A DNA stretch of 63,443 bases, counting the filler, from Choristocarpus tenellus KU-1152 (lineage: Eukaryota; Protista; Phaeophyceae): NCBI GenBank assembly GCA_964200185.2. It is 10 parts of 10 records of this genome, joined end to end, with 100 filler letters (N's around TTAATTAATTAA, not from the genome) between each part and the next. Parts side by side here need not be neighbours in the genome. Positions count along the whole stretch, not along the records: positions 37,600 to 50,738 come from CAXNAD020001574.1; 9 more parts are not named here. One strand, 5' to 3'. Below the pieces are notes generated by a model. The model was given only the letters and a program-made list of their open reading frames with translations. It made no database searches and was not told where the DNA came from. Shown piece by piece: positions 38,185-49,100 of this stretch; the first letter of the stretch is position 1, and each line of letters starts with the position of its first letter. Made by a program: the position numbers and the translations under genes.

Positions 38185-41100
38185 CCCATCATAAACATCT
38201 TCTGCGACAAGTTGCATTTGTCCCTGTCCTTCAATTATTCCATCCTTGAAGCCTCCCTCATACTGCAGCACAAGTGCCTGTTGTAGAATCAGGGGAAATA
38301 TTGGACGTAGGATTACGTCAAGAGTCACTTTCGTCAATTACTCCTAAAATTATAATTGTACCCCTTGTCCAGCAGTGCAAGTCAACGGCGAGTAGTTCAC
38401 CTTCTTGAAAATTCCTCACAATTATTTATCACAAAAACCTCAAAGATGGCTTACCAAAAGGATCACCACTGCTCCAGTATATAGATGTCAAATCAACACA
38501 TAATGGGCACCTAGAAATCCCTCGGCAGCAACATCTATAATAATTACGGTTTTGCCCTGACATTGGAACCGTTTTTCCTTTGAGCAGAACCAATACTATT
38601 ACATTGTTCACATCTGCTACAAAATGATACCTATGGGACAACCCACCTACTCCTATGCAGCTTAAGTATGATCAATTACGACAAAGCATGTCTAGAATAG
38701 TCAGCGTCCAGTCACAATCGATCCCAATCCACTACAATGAAGAAAAGGTTTCCGACAAACCTTAGGTATACCGTCAGGACTGGTACAACTTGCTCATGCA
38801 GAAAGAGAGATAAGCCTTCCAAACATCGATTTGTATTTTTTGTACATATTCCTTGGAGGTATGGTAGACTAAGCTAGTACCATGTTCTGAAATTCTATCA
38901 TCTTGAATACAGTATGTATGAAGGACATATTTCCCTACTTATGAACTGCACACAGGGTCAAAGTATCTAGGGGGGGGGGTGGCGGCTGTCCATTTGGGGT
39001 CAATTTTTTCATGTCGTGATTTTTGGGTGATTTGGTTGCATCGTCGAATGGATAATGTAGATATACTTTTCCTGATTTTGTCCCAAATGGACACCCTGGT
39101 GTAGACTCCTCCCCCCCCCCCCCCTCAAGTGTTTCCGCCGCTGTAGATATACTTTATNNNNNNNNNNTTTGTTTCTTCGTCGAAAGGATAATGTAGATTT
39201 TTTTTTCCTTTTTTTTGCCCAAAGGGGCCCCCCGGGGTGGCCCCCCCCCCCCCCCCCCCTCTAGATACTTTGGGTCATGCAATTCATTCCGAGGCATTTG
39301 GGTTGACAATTGATTGATGCCTCTAAAGGATATGTATGTGTAAGTGGAGGTAGAAGCTATCCACTAACCAAGACTCGCATAGCATGCACCAATACTCTAC
39401 AATCCAACAACACACATTTGTTTCGGGATTAATTATAATTGGAGTGAAATTATCTTAGAGGGTACGAGTTTCGCCCTGTTTGTCCATTTGGGGCTTTGTT
39501 TCCCACTTTTTTTTTACATTTTGCTACTCCGAAATGGTTCAGAGGAGGTGAAAATGTGTAAGTTATGAAAAGGTGTGCCTGGAACAAGGATATTGACACC
39601 TCCTCAAACAAAACATTACATCAAAATTGCAACATTGGATTTTGGCTCCCAAATGGACGCGGCTCTACCCTCTAAGATACTTTGACTCATTGATTATATT
39701 GACAAACCTTTGGCACATAGGTATGTATAGGGGTGCATGGCATACTACAAGTAGTAACTGTTCCAGTTTCTCCAGTACTGAATTTCCTTCAGAGAGCGGA
39801 CTCTAATTATGGGTGGCAAACCTATCCAACAAACTGTGGAAGAGGCTTAGCAGTTTGAGACACCACAAAAAGTAATCACATACGGGAAACGTGGAGTTTT
39901 CAATACACAAAATGGATCCCTAAGTGTGCATGTAAAAGATTAAAGAACCTACTATGTACTCATAGACATACAATGCAGTACAACCACCTACACACACACC
40001 TCTGGCTTGTCATAGACCACCAGGTACCCTTTCCATTGTGGGACCATATCCCCTGGGGCAGCACTGATGGGCCTCACAGCGTATCCTGAGAATGGACCCA
40101 GCTCAGTGTCTATGGATGAAACTCCATGGAGCGCCAGTGCCTCTCGGTATAGGGGAGTAAGGCTATCCAGATATGACTGCACCTTAGCATTTCCCACCTC
40201 CTATATAAGAGCAGGGATTGAGGTTCAGTTGGTGATCCATACCAAGGTGAAGGATTCTTGTTGTTGAATTGATACTGATGTCGAAATATTTGGGCGAATT
40301 GTCTGAGCTTTCACCACCCAGTACAAAAGAAAGGGGGTCTGCTTAAACACTTTCGAGTTGCTTCTCTAGTATATGGACCTAAATATCTAGGTCTATTGAT
40401 GTGTACTCCAAACTTAGGTTGAGTCACTTAATCAAATGTAGAGCTCCATGTGGTAGTAATTGCTCCTAAGGGACCCCTTTCACCAAATTTACGGTTAGAA
40501 TATACCTTTGAGTATTCCTGAAATAACATGAACTCTTTGCGAAATAGCGAAGAGTGTAATCGTGGCATACCTTTGGAATGCTACAGGTAAGGCACACAAA
40601 ATGGGTAGGAAAGTTATGTCAGTTATTGCTTTATGGTGGTACAGCATCATGTAAGATAGAAGACACAGAAAAATACACTTGGGGACATTGTGGGGCATTG
40701 AATATGGCATTCAATTCATGACACATGTAGCTAGTAATGCTCACCTTTTTCGGCATAGGAAGCTCAATTAAATTCTGAGTGCCAAATAATCAGCATATAT
40801 AACTGACTACCTGAGAGAGCTGGGTGTATCAGCATAGTTCCAACCAACACGATCGCATAATTCACTCATAAACACGGCTAACATATCAACTCTAAACAAG
40901 ACTCAGCACGGGACACTTGTTTCCTGTTGCACATACCTTTATGGATTTTTTCATGATGAAGTCTGCGCTCTCGTTAAGATATTCCTGCACAACATTCATT
41001 GCATCTAACTCCTGCTTAATACGATTCGCGGCATCCGAGAACACTTGACGGAATTCCTGTGGTGGCTGATACGCTGGATCTGACTCTGGGGTACCCTGAC

Positions 41101-44100
41101 CTTGAATGATGGCATCACAGCGCCGAACAGAGTCTGAGTACAAGAGCAGATACTCATTTGCCTCCCTTAGGGTGAGAAGAAGTCATAATCGAAAAAAATA
41201 CATTCATTTATTGTCAATGTTGTGGAGAGCTCTAGCAGATAGGAGAAAACATACTTTTTAATTCAACAACTAATAGGGAAATTCTGTCCCTCCCTAGCAT
41301 CAATACTTCACATGCAGCATTAGCCTAGTTATGCAATGTATGAGCAAGTACAGATTTCAAGGAGCAGGTGATAGTTCCACCAGTCAGTCCAGTTGCGCTT
41401 TGTTTGCAGGAATTGATCCCCTCCGTACCCTGTGCTCGAGGCTAGAAAAAAGGCAACTGACCTGAGGTTGGCCTGCAAAATTCGTAGACTTATGTTGTTC
41501 AGTAGCATTGGAAATCTTTCCACCGGGAGGGGGCGGACCTGTTTGAAGCGGTGTGGAGTCAGTTAGTGCACAGGAAGATAGCTTCCACACACGTCACTGG
41601 AACAAAGCTATTCTGTATCAATAGCCAAGAATTGTGTACAGGGTAAGATATATTCTCAATCTGAGGTAATCCATATCCTTCGAAACTGTTTCATTTTGAT
41701 CACTCTCTACTGCTATGCCTGCCAACTGAACTCCTATCACAGAGGATGGTCCCACCTGTACACTCTTTCTAGCCATGCTCCATGAAGCCACAAAGCTTCA
41801 GCTGAGTTGCTATTTTTGGCTCTTAATCAATGTAATAGATATATGAAAACCTGCACCCCCACTATCAGCATCAAAATATATAGCCCTCTGAGTATAACTT
41901 ACACTTACATGGGAATTTACCCGCTGTCACATATGCATAAATACACAAACTACATATACACAAAATTGCCGGTGTATATGTCAATATTGATCCTGCAATG
42001 TTTGGTTTTTGGTTAATCAGAGAGGAGGAGGGAGAGAGACAAAGAGGAATGGGTAGAAGTACCATGTCGCAACATTATCTGGGAGTTCCTTCTACCACAC
42101 AATAGGGCTCAAGGTCCCTTTAGGGTTGAACATAGTCAGAGACCAACTCAGGTTAAATTTACTCGTCTAGCAAAAGCCAAAAGGGGGATTACCCAGACAG
42201 AACCACATTTACCTGGAAGCCAACAATAGCCAGCTGCTCGTTGTCATTGACTGTTGGTTGGAATGCTTTAATGCACGCGAGAGCCTCTTCTGGAGATTCA
42301 CATCCCATCTTATCGACGACAGTGTTGCCTGCTACACGCTTTGATAAGCGCACAGAGATCTGCGACTCCTCTTGTTCCTCAAATTCTCCAAAGTGAAAAC
42401 TCTTGCTTATCTGTGGACACCCAAGTGAGCAAGAAAACAACAAGTTATATATGGTTTCTAAAAACACAAGTCAACCCTAACCTGATCCAATTTAAGAAAA
42501 GTCGAGAAATTTGTCCAAATCTAGTCTTAGCAACGTCGCATTATTCTATGACATAGAATGTTTACTAGACAGCAGTTTAGTCTGCCCATTGCATGTGCTC
42601 AACAAGGTGTCCCCCCTGAAGATAACTTCGCCAAAATAGCAGCTTCAGAAGATCATACACTTCACCAGCTTAGAATTATATCATTTTTTACTGAGGCCAT
42701 TGTCCATAACATGAACACTGAGCCAAAATATCTTAGAGGGTAGAGCCGCGTCTAATTGGGAGCCAAAATCCAATGTTGTAATTTCGGTGTAATTTCGGCT
42801 ATCGTTCTTGTTAGGAAGTGTCAATATCCTTGTTCCGTACACACCTTTTCAAAACGTATACATATTACCTCCTCCGAAATATTTTGGAGTAGGAAAATGT
42901 CATAAAAAACCCCGTGGGAAGCCAAGCCTCAAATGGACAAACAGGGTAAACTTGTACCCTCTAAGATACTTTCACTCACTCTAGGGTGCCACCAGACTAA
43001 GAATTGGCATTCGTAAGGTACTCAGGTGCATATGGTACAGCATGGTCCAAACATATACTCCAACACTTCCAAGAAGCACCTAGAGTGCTTCAACAGGAAA
43101 CAAAAGGATAGATGACCGAATAGAAAGAATTTCCCACCTTGAAAAATCCCAAGTTGATGCTTGCTTTTACCTTAACCTCCCACTCTTCCTTTTGGTACAC
43201 AGAATCTGAGTCGTATATGAAATCTATCTCGAGAATGGCTCCATACAGGATCTTATGGATGTAGTAGCCCCCGAGCATTCTCAGCACCTCATTGGAGTTA
43301 GTCAACTGCTTCGCATCTCTGGTAAGGTCGGCATTATACACTGATCAATTCGACGACAAAAGATAGCACAAGAACGGTGGGGATGTTTGTTGGTACAAAA
43401 AAAAAGAGTCGAGGGAATAAGCAAAGGCATCCGTGCCTAAAAAAATTGAGTGCAAAAGCGTGCTTCAGCACGCATTTGGATTTTGACACCCAAATGGACG
43501 CGGCTCTACCCCTCTGAGATAAATTTGTCGCAGTGCAACCATGCGATAAGAGTGGCATTGAGCGTCCATCATGTGGCTGATATCGAGGACAGAGGCGTCT
43601 CACCTGTTTTACTCTTCAATACAACATTTTTTCGGTATCTTAGTATAAATTTTCGCCCACTCGAGTTGTTCACCTGTAACAATTGGAATAATGAGTTCAA
43701 GGGTACAAGATGAGAAGATAATGGAGGTGGGGGGAGAACTGCAGATCAAAAATCTGTCAAAAAAACGTAGGTGAAATGATAAGGCAAACTAGTCTGGACA
43801 ACTTGTCTGTGAAGCTCTACACATTGTAGGGGCCGGTCGCAAGATGTGCTCCAGATAGACTTGAGATCGTGATGACATCCAGCCCAAGGATGAGATTAAA
43901 AATTTTCCCGGACATTCATTTCTGGTTTGGATCACAACGTGTGCCTCATGCATACCTCTTCGAAGCTTCCCGTTGCCTCTCCTTCAATAATCAACACTTT
44001 GGCTGACGCTTCAAAGGAAATGTCTAAGCTTTGCAATACGTCCCTCGAGCTTTGTATCAAGGAGAAGCTCGCTCTGGCCGAAGACTGCTGCTCCTCATGC

Positions 44101-44243
44101 ACCCCGTATTCACTGTCATTATCCACAGCAAAAACTCTGAGAGTGCTAGACCCGTTCAACGCAAACCCATCACCGAGGACAGGCTGATCCTTCTCTCCCG
44201 GAAATGGGAAAGTAGACGGAATGAACAGATCTGTAGATGCCAT
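38185..44243 (-). CDS. Stonustoxin-like MACPF/CDC pore-forming protein with C-terminal MORN-like repeats, paralog A (3' end missing)
   Basis: Exons 44243-43956, 43673-43604, 43340-43138, 42410-42213, 41538-41462, 41165-40937, 40774-40745, 40200-40000 and 38277-38185 are all AG/GT-bounded and join to 1389 nt (463 aa) without stops. Motifs: PVLGDGF; LDISFEASAKVLIIEGEATGSF (TMH1-like); LRMLGGYYIHKILYGAILEIDF (MACPF signature-like); EVKVKASINLGFFKISKSFHF (TMH2-like); VGFQVRPLP; QYEGGFKDGIIEGQGQMQLVAEDVYDG (MORN-like). Confidence 0.8.
38955..39276. mobile_element. TIR MITE (G-tract subfamily) in an intron of paralog A
   Basis: Termini GGGTCAAAGTATCTAGGGG ... CCCTCTAGATACTTTGGGTC, with an internal 10-N gap. 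Confidence 0.8.
39442..39688. mobile_element. TIR MITE (AGAGGG subfamily) in an intron of paralog A
   Basis: Termini GAGTGAAATTATCTTAGAGGG ... CCCTCTAAGATACTTTGACTC, flanked by ATTG on both sides. Homologous to 32299 and 42720. Confidence 0.85.
42720..42977. mobile_element. TIR MITE (AGAGGG subfamily, opposite orientation) in an intron of paralog A
   Basis: Termini GAGCCAAAATATCTTAGAGGG ... CCCTCTAAGATACTTTCACTC, with a 3-bp TSD ACT at 42717-42719 and 42978-42980. Confidence 0.85.
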
Positions 44244-46115
44244 CTATCCCAATATTATTGTGGTGCGATGCCACCTGCAGAAAATACAATATATGGCGGA
44301 CATGTCGTCCGATTGAGCATCTGCTACCCAAACCAGGATCAGAATGTGAAGTCTTTTATGATCAAGATGGTTTAGCGTGTTGCCCACTTTGTCAAGTCCA
44401 CGCTACATTGTGCAATCGACAATCTACGTACCACATATCTCGATAGATCCTGCAACCCCAAAAAGGATCGAGGGTGTGAACAACGATATTCAAGTGATAT
44501 CAGTTAAACGCAGCATCGAGAGAGTTTGTCAACAGGGTGCTGCATAGCCCAACCCACAACATAAGTCCTGTCTATAACAACGACAGCAACTATATATGGT
44601 AGGGGATTCACTGTATCTGCATCATTACGCAAACACGCCAGGCACTCTTGCATGATAGCCGAACCCCCCCACCTCAAATACCCACCCTGCTTGGTCCAAA
44701 GATCGAGGTTTATCCAGATTGTCGTAGAAGCGACTCCCTTTTACCCCCTGCTACAGTGGATGCTTCTGGAACCTGATACTCTTCCCATCCAGTTTAGTGA
44801 AGAGAGGGATAGTAGTAGTAAGATTCACATTCAACAAGGAGCATTGAATATCTATACTTGGTAGCAAATAATTTAGTTCTGATGATCAAATTTTTTTTAG
44901 GAAGGTCACTCACGCTCGAGACAAACAGTTAAACCGGTACGTTTGATATATAATTTTCATTGGTTTCCCCTCTGACACATCTGCAAAATGTCAGAGGGCA
45001 TAATATTAATAATATATGGAGAACCTTCCTTACCATTGGGTTTTGTCTACCACCTATATCAATTCTATCTTAACAGAGGAGTAAGAAATAATGGAAGATA
45101 AACAACGATTGAGAAGATTCTCCCTCTGTTCTATGAAATATCAATTTGAATATAAGAAATTGATAAGTTCAGAATAGTCAAATGTGGTGATTGTCGAGTT
45201 ATGGTAAAGGGTTAAAACTATTAGACATATCTCAAAAGTATCTATAACATCTATACCCTTGTTCTTTGGAAGTCTCGATCCACCAAAAATATTAATCATT
45301 GGAACTTGTCATGTCCTACTTACTACCTAGTAGTTTGCAAGGTTTTTACGAGACCCATATTTCAACCAACAATTTTGATTGCGACTTGTCAATTCAACCT
45401 ATAAACTCGACAATATCTGTAAATGAAAATGCAAGTAACCAAAATCTGAACAAAACCTTGCATGTCCTTCACAAGAACGGAAATTTCCACATCATCTGCT
45501 TACCTTGTCCAAATCACCAACTCATATCAACACTCAACCCTTCCTTCCTCAGCAGGCCCAAAACAGAGTAGTGTGCAATCGGGGTCACCTTCACATCCAC
45601 CAAGTGCACAAAACAGGTACAAATAGAAGAGCAGTTCACATGTTTTGATATCTTTTGTCATTCGTTGGTCATCATGAACGTTATGAGCGAAAGGTTGTCT
45701 ATGAACTCCTTCCTCACTATATCAACAACACAGGGGTGCGCGGGCAGACCTCTCGAAGCCTTTATCGAGCCTCCAATAAAATACACATGTTGTTGACACT
45801 ACACCGACAACAGGATGTCGATGTTCGCATGCCAAACAGCAAATACTCAGACCGACCAGACATGATATCGGATCTTTCACCATTGTCCACGCCCTATACC
45901 CCACTCTCATTTGAACCATTAAATCAATCCCAATGTCCAACTGAAACCAACGCCTATATCGCACCCAACACCTCCGAGCCTATTTTGGTGACCACCTTCG
46001 GTACGCAGTCTCGGTTAAAGTATGTTGCTTGAGTTTTGGGGACTTCAATGACTCAACACGTTCATTCATTCCCGATGTGAAAACCCTCGCACACTGGTAA
46101 ACCAAGCAACAGATC

Positions 46116-49100
46116 ATGTCGGGAGAGCTCTATTACCCACAGGTTCTTGGCGAGCCAACCGTGATGGACAAGACCAACCTTGGGGATGGTTTCTCAGTTC
46201 ATTCCCAGGGACAGGTGCAGAAGGCGCTTATCATTGACATGGGTGATGATGGAAAGCTAACACAAGAGGACTTCCACTACGAGAACCAGGTTACAGGGCA
46301 GAGTTCGTATGCTGTCATCACGAGCTCTGCAGACCGGAGTGAGGCCATGGGCATCAGTGGGGCGGTAAAGCTCAAGTACAAGGTCTTCACAGGCGAAGCT
46401 GCAGGATCGTTCGATAGCAAAGAAGAAACTAGCACGAATTCCATTTCTCTCTTGTACAGGAAGAGTGTCACTTTGAAAACTCTAGCAGGTGAGTGCCGTA
46501 TCTAATTAGATCGCTGTACTTTATCGTGATGTGTTATCTCCATAACAAACACACCTGTTGCGAGTGGGATGCATTGACATCATAGCCAAACCATAGACAA
46601 GAATCGATCGTGTCCTTTGTGTTCCAGTACTGACACCCATCAACTCTGGTCCATTCATTGCAGTGCCTGAGAACATGGAAGGAGTCACAATTTCGAAAGA
46701 AGCAGCCGCGATGAGCGATGCGACGCTTTTGAAGACGCTTGGTGGCTATTATGTCTCCAAGATTATGTCAGTGTGCCTCCTTTCTGGGGGGGTGTTGATT
46801 GGACATTTTGACAAGAACCAACTCTAGCTGTGGGTCTGCAATGTAGGACAGGATTTTCAATATACTACGGCCACATTGTATACCCTTTGTAGTCAGCAAG
46901 AAGAGATGCCTATTTCTCCTATGGCAAGGCTTTTGCATGTCCTACCTTAGGCACTGACATACCCTTTTCCCCTTCTATGCTATGATGAACTTGCACCACC
47001 AACCCTAACTTGGGTCGTTTAAAGATTAATCTCATGGTACAGTTTTGGTCCACGTAAGATATCTTGACCCTTAGTAGAGTACAGACTTGGGCTCGGTGTT
47101 AAACCAAACTCACTCTCCTTTGTAAGTTAGTGTAACCTCACAACCACTTAATTAATAGATTTGTGGGTACTTCTTCTCTACTTACTACTATGCTCTTCTA
47201 CCCACATATATATCTGAAATCTTTTTGGTGGTGTATTTTCCCCCTTGGTTGAATCCCCCTCCCTTCACTGCCCTCTTCTCCTCTATTGACCTGAACAAGC
47301 TCTCCTCCTCTCTGCCCTCTATTCTTCCTCATTCATTCGAGTCCTCTGTACCCTGCACTTCCTCCCTTCTCTTCTTGTCATTTCCTACATTAACATTGTA
47401 GAGGGTGGCAACCATACACAGGTAGTGCATTGATTCTGGTAGAGTGGTTCATACCTCCCTTAGCAATTCTTCAAGGAGCAGTCGTAGTCCCCACCACTTC
47501 AGCATTGCGAAGTGATATATAATGTGTACCTCCGATCACTTCCCTACCCTCCATGGTCCTTTCTTTTGCCTTGGTCTTCCTCCTGCCACCCTTTTGAAAA
47601 GTCCCACATTTCTTGCAGGTTAAAAGACTGACCTTGTACAGAGCAGAATACAATTTATTGACTTGGTGAATACGTGGACTTACTAGATGGGATGATAGTT
47701 GCTGCTTCTAAAACTTGGGGTATCTCATACAGCAAGAATGTGAAACATCTTAGTTCATCTCTCTTGTACTGTCACATCTTTACGACCCCAAATGTCAGGT
47801 ACGGAGCAGCGCTTGAAATAGACTTTACCCTTACCACCTCAGAAACTACTGTCACCAATGATATTAAAGCCAACGCCAAGGTAGCACTGGAGACTGCCAT
47901 GCTTGAAGGCAGTGCTGAGGTTGACGTGGCAATTGATGATTCAGGGAGAACTGCCAATTTCTCTGTGAGCTCCACGATGCGTGTTGCTGGGAGTAATGCT
48001 GTAGCTGCTCTAAACGTGACAGACATGCTGAGTGCTAGAGAAGCAATCGATGCATTCAACCCTAAGGCCGATGACGAAGATCTAGCAGTCGTTGGCTTCC
48101 AGGTTCGGTCACTGCCCATCACCATGTTCCGCCAACTGGCCTCCACCAACTTTGAGGCCCGGAGGTGAGTTTGAGGAGCTTCAACAACTACTTCCTCCCC
48201 TGTATCTTCTTCCTCGCAGAGGGATCATTTTTTTCACCCCACACACTGTAAACAAACTTGAGGCTTATGTGTATGTAAAATTTGTGTGTGTGTGTCACCG
48301 AATGGAGTCAATCCTACATAATGTAACCGCACACTGGTACTTAAGTTTACGCATGTTGGTAGACTCGAACTGGGAGCACCAGTTTAGTAGTCCCATTTGG
48401 GGGTTCGGTGTCATTGTCATCAGATGTATAGATCTTCACGGTATAATGCAAGCTCTAGGACGTTCTGCAGATACTTGAGTATATGCAAGTACAGTTGTTT
48501 TTGAAATAATCCAAACATCCAATGTAAATTGAATATTCTATTCTCCTGTCAATCAACCAATACTAGCATGTACAATTCGCAGGTATGAGGAGAACGTGAA
48601 CGAGGTAGCAGAGCTGTACTCACAAGTTCAGTCAATCAAAGCTCTTAGTAAGTCTGCGGTGGAAATATTTGGCAATGTTGGTGGCGGGGACCCAGCCAGG
48701 CCATGGAAGAACAGGTGAATTGGAAACATTCCCAAGAGAACAGTTCTACCAACTGACATTGTACGATAAAATTCCTTCACGCCATTACTGTGACAAACAC
48801 TTACGGAGTTTGATGGGTATGACAATATTCTCAATTTTTTCCGCAAATAGACAAAAACGGGTGCAGGGTGGTTTCATGCAACACTATGTGATCGAAATTC
48901 CACTCAATCACATCAGCGAAACCTGCCCCTGACCAAAGCTTCCTCCTGTCAGTCCTGTTGATAGTTCAGTGGGAAGGTGGACTATTCTATAACTAGACAA
49001 ACAGTATTTGTAACACAAGTGGGGGAGGGATGTAAACTAGACTGGATATACAACTACTCTATAACAATACGTTGAGATAAGCATATACCTGTATTTTCTA

